A stretch of DNA of 60,669 nt, filler included, from Globobulimina sp. (Eukaryota): assembly GCA_003354225.1 (NCBI GenBank). It is 16 parts of 16 records of this genome, joined end to end, with 100 filler letters (N's around TTAATTAATTAA, not from the genome) between each part and the next. Parts side by side here need not be neighbours in the genome. Positions count along the whole stretch, not along the records: positions 1 to 3,701 come from PIVH01002239.1; positions 3,802 to 7,502 come from PIVH01002240.1; positions 7,603 to 11,303 come from PIVH01002241.1; positions 11,404 to 15,104 come from PIVH01002242.1; 12 more parts are not named here. One strand, given 5' to 3'. Positions 1-11,562 of this stretch are shown one piece after another. Position numbers and translations under genes: made by a program. The stretch's first letter is position 1. Every line of letters begins with the position of its first letter. The notes under the pieces are model-generated. The model made no database searches, was not told where the DNA came from, and saw nothing but the letters and a program-made list of their open reading frames with translations.

Positions 1-325
1 ATCAATTTAAAAAGCACCTTGCAAACAAGTATTCTTTTCAAAACAGTATTCTTTATCATCATATTTACCTTTCTTGTCCATATAAATTATTGCCATCTCA
101 AATATTGGCGGTAATCCAAATACATTGAATTTATAATATCCGGATGACTATGCGCTATGTTTTCATGTTACGTCATATCAATCACCACATCAAATAAGCA
201 CGCGTTTCCCACACAATCGGTAACTGTCTTCGTGCCGATGTCCCATTTGCTCCACATATACATTATTCCTTTAATAAATCATATCATCCAATAGAGACAT
301 ACTTTACGTGTGTCACCACCACAGC

Positions 326-392
326 CAGTCACCGCAGGAATTGAACCTGCATCTATAGTATGAACCAATTGCTCTTCTTGAGCTAGATGACT
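326..392 (-). tRNA. Degenerate tRNA-like element with probable CAT anticodon (tRNA-Met pseudogene or tRNA-derived SINE head)
   Basis: Minus strand reads AGTCATC TA GCTC AAGAA GAGC A ATTGG TTCATAC TATA GAT GCAGG TTCAATT CCTGC GGTGACT G. It has a 7-bp acceptor stem, a 4-bp D stem and a perfect 5-bp T stem with a TTCAATT loop. The anticodon stem pairs poorly. Confidence 0.6.
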
Positions 393-813
393 TTTAATCT
401 TTTTCTAAATGTTGACATTGAGACGATCTCGTTGATGTTTGTTGATTTTGAGCTTGCAAAACTGAAAAGACTTCAAATCGAGTAGCAAAAGCATGTCACA
501 TTGAGTCAACTTTCTCAAACGTGCTATAACAATGTGAAGGCATATAAACAATCATTATTAACATTATCCAATCACTTATGGACGCCAAATCATTCGGGAT
601 ATTCAGTTAATCCATTATTCGTTTTTGGAAATCTTCAACAACGAAAAACAAAAGGAAGTATGGGTTGGATTCAAAAAATTACAATTGGAACACCATCTTA
701 TTTTGTATCAAGAAACTGAATATGATATCGTTTTAATGAATTAGATTTTTCTGAATTATTTTACACGTGTCATTAAAACAAAAAAACTCACTGCTGAACT
801 AACACTTTGTACA

Positions 814-2414
814 ATGGCCGAGGCCTTACATGACCCACAAGCTGCGAATCAGAATGGGCAACAAGACCATATCTGGCCAATATCACTTGTTGTAAATCAG
901 GCATATGCAGCTTCAATTTCATGTGTCAAGTGTGTTATTTCTCATATATTCTATCTCTAAAATTTACAAATTGCGAATACCCGTCTCTCAAAAAAATGAC
1001 AGATGCAAAGGAATCCCTAAAACGTGCATAACTGATGATGATGGAGACATATTATGCAAGAAATGTGCAACAAATATCGACAATACAACCATCAATAAAG
1101 CTGTACAAAAAATGGTGAATAAATTCAAAACTAAATGTTGGACATTATCGCAAGATCCAAATCTCAGCCAAACCAATGTTGAAGAAAGTGAAGGCGTTAA
1201 TTTACTTGCAACCAAAATATCTGATGCCTTCCAATGTGATTGGATTGGAACTATACAAGATTATGATGCCCATAGTAAGCAATGTGCATTTGTACTCGCT
1301 GTGTGTGACGAATGTAAAACATTCAAATGTCAACGAAAATTATTGGATAAGCATATATCTGTATGTCCGGAAGTAAAAATAAATTGTCCGTTGTTGTGTG
1401 GTATGTTGTGTACAATGTGCATATATGTTATGTTATGTGTGATGTATATTGTATATTGAATATAGGTGTAACTGTATTGAGAAAGAGTAAAGCAGCACAT
1501 TTACAAAATGATTGTATGGAGCAATTATTAGATTGCACCAATGATGATTGTAAGGAGCAATTGAAACGAAAGGATTTTCAAAATCATGTGGAGAAGGTAT
1601 GTGAAACAAGAATTGTTGAATGCAAATATAATGTGTTTGGATGTAGTGTACAAAATATGAAAGCAAATGAATTAAATAAACATATGGAAGAGTATAAATT
1701 CGAACATTTGTCCAATAAATTTGACTTTGTTACGACTCAAGTTTAGTATTTGTATATTTGTGAACCGTGTTTAAAATGAGATTTATGTGCGGTTGTCATT
1801 GTGTGTAGCTTAGTGATAAGATTGCTGAGCAACAGCAAAGTATTAATGATATTCAATTACAGTTAGATGAGAAAGAGAATGGAATGCAGAAAATGAACAA
1901 ATATATTGAGAGAATGGCTCTATTAAATGTATTGAGCGGGATAGTGCATAATTACGATGCGCAAATATTAATTAATACAGGATGGAAATGTGTGTATCGT
2001 AAACCATATTCACACAAAACAACGACAGATGAATTGAAAGCATTATGCGGTGAGAATATGGATATATTTGTTGGTGGATTTCATACAAAAAATGAAAATA
2101 ATATTATTTTGGGTGCATTTGGACCATCTTCAGTGTTGCATCGATTCACAAATTCAAAAAGTGAAGCATTTATACCATCTGATGTAACACTTAAAACTGT
2201 ATATAAAACATATTGGTATCATGTCGAGGGAAAGTCGTTTGGCTTTGCAAGTGTATCAAAAGTTAATTGTGATATTGCAGACAATGAAAAGACAAATGGT
2301 GATGATAGGTTGTCATGGCATTTGGATGGTCAAGGTGGATGGAGATTGGGAAATAATAAATCTTTATATAAAAATAGCGAGTATCACAAAATAATATATA
2401 TCAAACAAAAATAA
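814..2414 (+). CDS. RING-like/TRAF-type zinc-finger protein with coiled coil and an uncharacterised C-terminal domain; 4 exons (814-929, 1003-1400, 1466-1740, 1809-2414)
   Basis: Introns 930-1002, 1401-1465 and 1741-1808 join the ORF pieces in frame. Motifs: CVKCKG..LCKKC, CDWIG..HSKQC, HISVCPEVKINCP, HLQNDC, HVEKVC..CKYNVFGC..H. Confidence 0.85.
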
Positions 2415-2475
2415 TCATTTTTCATCATTTCACTAAAAAACCTTTTCGTCGAATCAAACTAACTTTATTTGAGCC

Positions 2476-3701
2476 ATGGACGCTCAAAGAGAACTACTCG
2501 ATGCATTAATGGGTAAAGGCCGCAACCGCTCCAAAGAAGATGCACCCTTAAAAGAGCAAAACTGGGACGATCCAGATGTTTGTCCTTACTTTCTTTGTGC
2601 CTTCTGTCCCAACGACTTATTCATAAATACAAAATCCGACCTCGGCCAATGCGAATATTACCACATTGCAGAATTAAAACAGGAATACGCCAAACAACCA
2701 CGGAGGTATGTACCAAAAACAAAAATCAAAAAACACACTCAAACCATAACTCAACAAAACACACCAACAGGACTCTTACTTTGTGTTTTCAACAAAAAAA
2801 AACATAAAATAGTTTGTAAATCCATTTTTTTTTTTTAATACATTGCCCCCCAATCCTTGCGCTCAAAAAGCAAAAAAAAAACACCCCACATTTTCCCCCA
2901 AATTACAAAACAAACCAAAACTATCAAAAATGTGCTTGATACCATAGGGTGCAGCGTAGGATGGAAAAGAAGTTATTGCAGTATCTGTACGAGTTGGTGT
3001 CCGATGTGGACCGCCGGATCCGTCGCGGCAAAGAGCGCATCGCTTTAAACGCGCCCTCGACGCAGCCAAACCCCATCATTGAGCAGCAAATCGAGCAAAA
3101 GAAGAAGAGCATATCGCTGCGCTGTGCGCAGTTAGACGCCGAGATCAATAAACTGAAGGAGCACATCGAGGTCCTCTGCAATGAGGGCAAGATCGACGAC
3201 GCAGAGGCCATGTTGGCGCAGGTCGAGACTTTGGAGGCGGACAAGGACAATTTGCAGAATATGGACGTGAACCACGTGGGCATTAAAGACCCGCGTTCGG
3301 ACAAGAACCGCTTTCAGATTTGCGAGATTTGCGGCGTGTTCCAGGCGGTGGACGACGCCGAGGATCGCATTGCGCGCCATTTCGAAGGCAAACAGCACAA
3401 AGGCTTTGCCGTGATTCGTGAGAAGATTAAGGAGTATGAGGCGCTGCACATTGCGGAGGTGAATAAGATCAATGAGACGTACAAAGGGAGGGACCGCGAA
3501 CGCGAGAGACGGCACAATAAGTATAGGGACAGTAAGAGGGTGCGGGACAGAGATAGGGATCGGAGGAAGCGGAGGAGTTCGAGGGAGCGGTATCGGCATA
3601 GATCGTCATCGTCGCGCGACGATAGGGATAGATATCATTCGTCGTCGCGGAAAAGAGATAAATATGAACGGAAACGGGATAGGAAAAGGGAGCAGGATAA
3701 T
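2476..3701 (+). CDS. LUC7: LUC7-family U1 snRNP-associated splicing factor with RS-rich tail; intron 2706-2947; 3' truncated
   Basis: MDAQRELLDALMG, VCPYFLCAFCPNDLFINTKSDLGQC..H zinc finger 1, ICEICG..RIARHFEGKQHKGF zinc finger 2, and an RD/RS tail. The GTATGT..TAG intron joins the two exons in frame. Confidence 0.95.
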
Positions 3702-3801
3702 NNNNNNNNNNNNNNNNNNNNNNNNNNNNNNNNNNNNNNNNNNNNTTAATTAATTAANNNNNNNNNNNNNNNNNNNNNNNNNNNNNNNNNNNNNNNNNNN
3801 N
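3702..3801. other. Artificial contig spacer, first of 15 (others start at 7503, 11304, 15105, 18905, 22704, 26502, 30300, 34098, 37896, 41693, 45490, 49285, 53080, 56875)
   Basis: Identical 100-nt unit of 44 N + TTAATTAATTAA (stops in all six frames) + 44 N. Contig lengths between spacers never increase, running from 3701 to 3695 bp. Confidence 0.99.
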
Positions 3802-4451
3802 TTGAACGGTTGTCGATGCAATTTAGATTTGACATATTTAAAATTGCGAACCGCTCTTTCAAATCGACATTTGACGATATCCCACAAAATATTGTTCCAA
3901 ACTGTGGGATTTGTATGTAATGCTATATAAATTTAATCAATTAATGATAGATTAATGTTATTCTCACAATCTAGATTCTGACATCCGGGACGACGTAGAA
4001 CGAGAGAGAAATACAATGAGTATATACAATATTTACGCTGCGGACGTAAATTGTGAAATATTTACAATACAAATGATAACTATTTATAATAGATTATTAC
4101 GGTGTTGTTTGATGACTCAACCCTTACTTTGATACTGTTACTAGGGTTTTTGAGTCAAACTTACTACAAATTTGCACAGAAAAGTACAGTACCTCAGTAC
4201 GTGAGTAAAATAGTAAAATTACGATCTATCCCATCCCTGAGATGTATTAAATTGTTAATGTAATAAATTGTAAATTGAAAATTAAAAATTGTCCACAAAT
4301 CAAATAATGTCCACAAATCAAATATTTTGTCAAATTTATTAATATATAAATATATAAAATAACTAATAATATATGTACATTTAATGTAAAATAAAGGAAA
4401 ATAATAACGTAAAATATAAAATAAAGTTTGTAAATAAATAAATCCAATTAA

Positions 4452-7329
4452 TTATCTTCCATTACCATAAACGTTGCCACTTCCTCGATTATCGCATCTA
4501 TTCGAGATATGTTTATCGACAACAAAACAAAACCGACACATGTGATGCCAGTCGCATCTTTCATGTGCATTGCTAAGATAACATCTTCCTTTCTCATGAA
4601 AATTGCATATATATTGAATTAATTCCGGTCCACCATACAAAACACCATTTTTTACGTGATAACAGTTCATTTTTTGAGTGTTAACTTCTTTCTTCAGGCC
4701 ATGCGATCCGTTGCTGTATTGATTGTTATATTGATTGTCGTTGGTTCTTCCTCTTTTGTATGGTCTTTGATAACTATTTTGATCGTTTTGTTGTTGATTT
4801 GAAGGTTGATACATATGATTGTAACGAGATGGGTTATAATCACCTTGTTGTTGATTCGGATTTCCATGATTTGTGTTGTTGTTATTCGTGTTCTGTTGAT
4901 GGGGGCGATTTCCTCTGTAATTGCCACGTCCATTGCCTCTATAATTGCCACGTCCGTTACCTCTGTGATTGTCATGATAGTCACTGCGATAATTATTTCC
5001 TTGGTAACCACCTCTATGATTCCATCCACCTCTTCGTGAATAACGACCGCGTCCACGGCCGCGGCCACGGCCACCACCTCTTCTACGTTGCGGAATGTAC
5101 GTTGCCTGCACAGGTCGTACATTCTGGATAGGCACTGCTCTCTGCATTGGCTGTGTCAATTTAATGCTTGCATTGTATGTGCGCGTCTCGATGCTGTTGC
5201 TGTGTTCATTGGAGATTACTGATAATTTCCACTGATTAAATTGATGTCGATCACCTAAATTCTCACCGGCACTCACTCCACGCTCTAAAATCGCTTTCCT
5301 TCGTTTCAATAAAAAGTGATTGAAGGCTTTCAAACCTTCGTTGCCAATCAAACTCGAACTTAATTCATTTTGTACATATTTCGCAAATTTCATCCATTGC
5401 AAACCAGCCGCAGTTAAATAAGCACTTTGTACCAATGTTTCTAATTTAATTCCTTTATTGCGGTGAATGTCCGCTAATTCTGTAATTGTTGTCGATATCA
5501 TCATAATTACTTTATACGTCGCATTGTGGTCTTCTTTGAATGTCTTGATCGCGGAGTCGATATTTGTGTGATTTTGCGACCAGTTTATGTCTCCTGTTAA
5601 TGCCAAATAACGTAATATGTCATTCAACGGAGCACCTCCTGTTGTACAGAGACGATAATATCCAATTTTTGCTGATATGCGTTTTTTCTTTGATACATTG
5701 CCATTGATTTCATTGCTGAGTTCATTTTGGTCCTTCTGATACTCCATAAAATCATAATAATCTAAAATGAGGGCAAATTTTCAGGGATGGGTATGATATT
5801 TGTATTGTTTTAATCGATTTACGATTTATTTTGTTTATTATACATTGTATACAGATTATGAGAGTTACGGATTACTGAAAAACGGATTTTAGGAAAAGTA
5901 AACAAATAATGCACACCAACACCGTTTTTATGCATTTTCAGCACATTATAAATACGAAGGAAGAGATACAACGTAAACAAAACATACTCTTCATTAGCGA
6001 TGTTCGAATGTCATTGTCTGTGACATGATTGCCACCGTACTTTTGCATTAAATCTGTAAAATTTACACTTTCATCTTCATTTTCAATGCCTGGATGCATA
6101 AAAGTTAAGCCATCCACTAACGAGGCTTTGTTATTTTCTTTCAAGTCATCATTAACACTTTGTTGAATATTCTTGGCGTTTTCCACTAATTCTTGGTTAA
6201 AATTATCATTTTCGATGTTGATATTCATGTTGCGATCAATTGATCGTTGACTCCGTATATTAACGGCTAGATTACGTTGTTTATTACGACTGTTTAATTG
6301 GTCCAATAGCGACGGTTTCGAGCCTGTGAAATTATTCTTGCCTTTTCCACCGACTCCATTGTTACTTACATTGCTTAGATTGTTTAACCATTCACTGCCT
6401 GCATTGTCTTGTGATTTGTGTTCAGTTTCTTGCGAATTAGTAGTTGCTGCAGGCACTGCTTCAACGTTCCTGTTCTGACTATTATTATTTGTTTTGTTTA
6501 CTGGTAAATTGTTTAAGATTCGTTTCTGATAAATTTCAAATGCTTCGCTTTTGTTTAATGGGTTCAATAATTGCTGCATAATAGGCGCCAAATTGCTAAA
6601 ATCTGGCTTGAAGTTCGCCGATTTGTAAGAAACCGTTGTCTCTGTTAAGCCGAAATAATAATAAAGTTTGGCTTTGGGCGTGTTTTTGAATCGAACGTTT
6701 GTCTGATCACTGATAAATTGATTGAATTGATTGATGATTGTGCTCCATACAATTCTTGCAAATTCTGCATATTCATTCACTTGTTTAATATCGTAATTTG
6801 TCGGCGTTCCTCTGGCCGAAATTAGCATGTTTTCCATGACTTGCAATGATGCAAAATCATGCTCTTGAAAGTATTCAATGAGAGATGCGGCAATGATACT
6901 GATTGCTTGGGCTTTAACCCTCTTCACGAGCATCCATTTAAAGTCATCCGTCGAGTCCGGGAATGCGCGGTCATTCGCATCGGTCGAAGCCCAGAGCGGA
7001 TCACTCCGATCATTGATGACTAATTTATTGCTGCATAATAATCTTAATCTCGTAAAGGCTTTGATAGAATTATCGATTTTGCCGATGGTATATCCTGTTT
7101 CCGTTCCTTTTGTTGGGTCTGCTGCCACCTTTTGTCTCTCATGAAAGATATATTTAAATCCTAAGTTAATCGAATCATATTCATCGATTAATACTTTGCT
7201 AATAGTTGTGAAGGGTTCGTATGCTGCCTCTTCATACACTGGTTTTGATAGATTTATTATTCTTGTTGCCGTTGCTAGTTTTATATTAACGCCGCTGAGG
7301 GCTTTACTAACGTCAAAGCTAAAGGACAT
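4452..7329 (-). CDS. About 880-aa Gag-like/RNA-binding protein (RGG region plus C-terminal CCCH-CCHC double zinc finger), resembling ORF1 of DIRS/Ngaro tyrosine-recombinase retrotransposons; intron 5762-5987
   Basis: The GTATGT..TAG intron joins ORFs 5938-7329 and 4452-5747 in frame (..LMK-N-YYDFMEYQ..). C-terminal RGRGRG and RGNGRGNY repeats are followed by CNFHEKGRC..C.WHHMCRFC....H....C. Confidence 0.6.
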
Positions 7330-7644
7330 AGTGTGTTCTTTCTATATTAAGGTCTTACCGTTTGCCTTTTGCGTATGCAAGAAACAAAAAGAAATTTTAA
7401 AACTTAAATAAAACTGAAGTAAGACTAGAAAACAGAATATAAATAATCAGATATTATGTCACCAATCAAAACCCTTGTTCAACAAATAGAACATAGTGTT
7501 TGNNNNNNNNNNNNNNNNNNNNNNNNNNNNNNNNNNNNNNNNNNNNTTAATTAATTAANNNNNNNNNNNNNNNNNNNNNNNNNNNNNNNNNNNNNNNNNN
7601 NNCTTTGTGTGAATTTTCTGGGCAGTTGAGAGAGGGAGTTATAA

Positions 7645-7857
7645 TTAACTTTTTTGGCTTAGTTTAGTTTCGTTTCATTTCAACGATTAGAAAAGTTTTT
7701 GGTTAGCTAGAGTGGTTTTGAAAGTAGCATTCGAAGTTGACCTAGGTCATCGAATACTAGGTCAACTTCGAATACTAGGTTGAAAACCACTCTAACTAAC
7801 CCAAAAACTTTGCTAATCGTTGAAATGATACGAAACGAAACTAAGCCAAAAAGTTAA
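7645..7857. mobile_element. Palindromic (foldback) MITE, 7649-7853, flanked by TTAA
   Basis: Imperfect inverted arms of about 97 bp (cttttttggcttagttt...ttcgaagttgacctag / ctaggtcaacttcgaa...aaactaagccaaaaag) around an 11-nt loop. TTAA lies at 7645-7648 and 7854-7857. Confidence 0.75.
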
Positions 7858-8014
7858 ATGAGAGGATTTAACTTAATATAAGATTATATGAAATAAGTAT
7901 TCTTACATCAGGGGTATGATCACTACAGCCGGCAATGGGCAACTTTTTACTATTTAGCAACTAAATTCCAACTATTTAGGAACCTAGGCTCAACATTTGA
8001 CAGTTCATTATCAC

Positions 8015-11000
8015 TCAGGTTGATGCTACAGAGTCATAGAGAGAGTCTTTAAGTTCTTGATTATTAGTTACAGCATCAATTTGTAATAACGATTGATATT
8101 TCCTCATTGAATTAATCCAGTTTTTAATATTCTCATTCTCATTACTTTTTAATTCAAATTGTTTGATGATTTCATGCAATTTCTGTTGTCTATCATATGC
8201 AATTACATTATAATTTTTATCCTGATAATTAATTTGCAATATATTCGATTTGTTATGCAAATTATACAAATCATCATTCATAAAACATTCAATAATATCC
8301 GTAAAATAATGCTTAGAAATAATTGTTTCCAAATATGAAATGGATAATTTATCAAATAATATCTGACAAAATAAATCTATATCGTCAATAGTTGCAATTA
8401 TTTGTAACAGTATAATAATCCCATTCATATCGTACATATTAACGGTGTCATTATCGAATAAATCCAATAAGTAAATGGATAAATTAATCCATTTCATTGC
8501 ATCTCCGTTATTGCCACACAACAAACAATTAAAACATTCGTGATTAAGAAAATAATATAACAGGTTATTAATTAATATGTGATTATAGTGATGCTTCGAT
8601 ATCCATTTAATGAGAATTAATTGCCAACAATCAATATTTAATCTTAATTTATACAAATTATCATCATCATTCCCATCACAATGTGCATACGTATCTATTA
8701 TATGGCAGCATTCATTTAAATCCAAACAAATATTATTTATTTCATTATAAATGCTGAGAATAGCTTTATGATTCAAGATATTATGAATAATATTGTCATT
8801 TATTATATACTTTAAGATTTTACACCAATCGATCACCGATTTATTTATATCATTCTCGTTAATGATGGTAATAATATTTATAATTTCCTGTCGTAATAAT
8901 TGGTTTGAAGAAGATGAATATTTTAAAAATGAAATAATATCAATGGTTTGGATAAATAAAGATAAATTGTCAATGTTTTGTTGTTTTATAAATATTATAA
9001 GTGACAATAGTTTGGATAATAACTCATTTTCATCAAATATTTTAAACAACTTTTTTAAATTTCTATTACTTATAAATGAATCAACATTTGTTATAATGTT
9101 ATTTTCTTTTAATGTCAAAATACTGTCAATAAGGTCATCGAATAAATAAAATTGTCCATTTTCTATAATTTTTGGTATAAATTTATTGCAACATTGTGAT
9201 AAACAATAAATTAATAATTGCTGCTCATAAAAGTAATCATCATTTACGTTTGAGTCAGTCGCAATTGATGGCATCAGAGATAATAAATACTTATAAATAC
9301 TCAAACTTTTGGATAAATGATTATGATTTAAATATACTTGACATAAATACGAATATAATTCATATCTTTTGGAGGAGGCAGATATTTTATCACCAAACCA
9401 CTGTATCAATATTTTATACCCAACGCCTAACTCGCCGCGAATCACAAAGCCATCAATAATATGTCGCAAATTTAAATTTGTTAATTCGTCCCATTCTGAA
9501 TCTGTCAACGAATCCAATATTTCTTTTATACTTTGCACACAATACACTTGCCGAGATAACAAGCGTTGAAACTTATCGTTTAAATCACAATTTGTATCAT
9601 TAAATATGCTCGAAACGACATCTCTCGTCAATGGATCTAATGACAAGGCATAGAAACTATCACTATTCTTCCATGAGTCCTTATTTATATTGGCGCTCAT
9701 CATTGAATTTTGATTTTTTTTTAACGACAACATTTCTTTTCTCAATAAAAATGAAATGGGCACAAATTGTTTATGATATTTATTTAAATCGACCGAAATA
9801 TCCAAATCTTGTATTTTTTTGTTTGGCGCTATCATTGGTGAGATATATTTTTGTTGGAAGTTAGTTGGAAAGTGAATTAATAGCTGATTTATACCACGAT
9901 AGGATGGTATGGCAAAATGTCCATTTGCTATTAGATAATTTGAAACATATTCTTTTGAGCCAATAAAATCAATGATGTTACAATGCAAATTGCGCAATAT
10001 GGCAAATATCAAATTATTTTTTTTATTTAAATTGTCGAATGAAAAGGATGGGATTAACAGTCTCCCAAATAACGTTTCATATCGATTTAAAAACGTACTC
10101 CATCGAATCCATGATATTGCATACTTTTTATATTCGTCAATATATGTGGACAAAATATATAAAATCCGCATTGTCATCAAAGACAAATAATCGTACAATA
10201 TATTCTTTTCTTCATTTTTGATTTGAATATCATTTTTCTCTGAATATTTATCCATTAATTCATCAATGAATTTATAGAATGAAATATTCTTAAATTGTTT
10301 GTATTTGTTCTGATTTATTTCAGAATCATTTGATTCATATAACAATGATAAAGTCAACAAATCATAATCTAAAATCGGTGCGATTGGCCTGCGAAATAAC
10401 ATTAAATTCGAATCAGAATTTGGCCAAAATTGCTTCAATTCTTGTTTGTTATAAATATATTTATGTGACAAAAACACATTTGCTGCACACTTATAAAATG
10501 AATGTTGTTTTATAAATTGTGTATCATTAATGAGCCATAATTTGGTATCGGGCGCATCTCCAAAAAACTTATTCCGATGTTTATGTATCAATGAATTCTT
10601 ATTATTTGAATCTTGTCCAATTTGTTTGACCTCCATCCATGGGATACTATAATTCCTGGTTTCTTTGCCATGTTTATAGAAATCCATTGAATTTAAAACC
10701 ATCCAATTGATTGCTCCCAAATTGAGTGGAAAGATAATTTGTTGCTGAATTGGTTTGGTTTTGGGAGTAATTAATGCGCCCCAAACAACTAACAAATTGC
10801 TCAATGATCGATGCAGTTCGCCAACATTTAACAATCCGCGCTTTACATCAATTTGTGCGGCGATAATATCCGGATTGAATGACAAAAACGGAGCATATTG
10901 CTTTGTATTGGAAACATTGTGATATTTGAATTCAAACAAACGGGCAAAGTCACATAACGGAATGCCGTCATTTCTGAATGTTTTGAGTAAATATGAGATA

Positions 11001-11303
11001 TTTGAAACATACTCGCGTTTCAACTGTAACAAATTGGCAATCTCAGACTGTTTGCGCTCTTTCTCCACTTTGTCATTGCCCAAAATACGCATCACTTCCA
11101 ACAGCCGAGCATGCGTTTGATTGTTATATGGCTGCACAGGAACAAATTGATACGAATGGTAATATATTTTATGTGCTCTGTTGTATAACGATCGAGAGGA
11201 AGATAACAAATTTGCGCCGGCAAACAAAGTACCACTAAACTCAATCTCTTGTTTGTTTTCATAACTATTTATCGGCAAAGCGCGAATATTATGCGACTGG
11301 AAT
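8015..11303 (-). CDS. Large hypothetical protein (>1087 aa), probably alpha-helical repeat (PPR-like); frame open to the contig edge, so 5' truncated
   Basis: Uninterrupted 3.26-kb ORF in very AT-rich DNA. It is rich in I, L and N, with segments such as HIIDGFVIRGELGVGYKIL and YLCQVYLNHNHLSKSLSIY. No catalytic motif recognised. Confidence 0.7.
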
Positions 11304-11562
11304 NNNNNNNNNNNNNNNNNNNNNNNNNNNNNNNNNNNNNNNNNNNNTTAATTAATTAANNNNNNNNNNNNNNNNNNNNNNNNNNNNNNNNNNNNNNNNN
11401 NNNAAATATATTGAGCAGAGGTTGAACTATATCAATCGTTCTAAATACCCATAAAAGCGTATACATTTCATTCGACAATTTGTACTGCCAAAAATTGAAA
11501 AACGTAATAAAATCAAATGCAAAAAGTCAATAATTGAATAAAAATGTTTCTAGCTCATGACA

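Noticed and set aside
1..720. Coding potential in the first 720 bp
   Set aside because: Only short stop-interrupted frames with no recognisable motif.
2924..3599. Long antisense and alternate-frame ORFs over LUC7 (similar ones over the flippase, ATPase and TRP genes)
   Set aside because: Shadows of real coding sequence with biased codon use; no independent motifs.
3746..3757. Recurrent TTAATTAATTAA every ~3.8 kb as a biological repeat or telomere-like signal
   Set aside because: It is always embedded in 44+44 N and encodes stops in six frames, so it is a concatenation linker. The uniform spacing reflects length-sorted contigs.
4230..5791. 11-bp inverted pair cccatccctga / tcagggatggg flanking the second exon of the Gag-like gene
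   Set aside because: Too short, does not extend, and has no TSD; compatible with chance.
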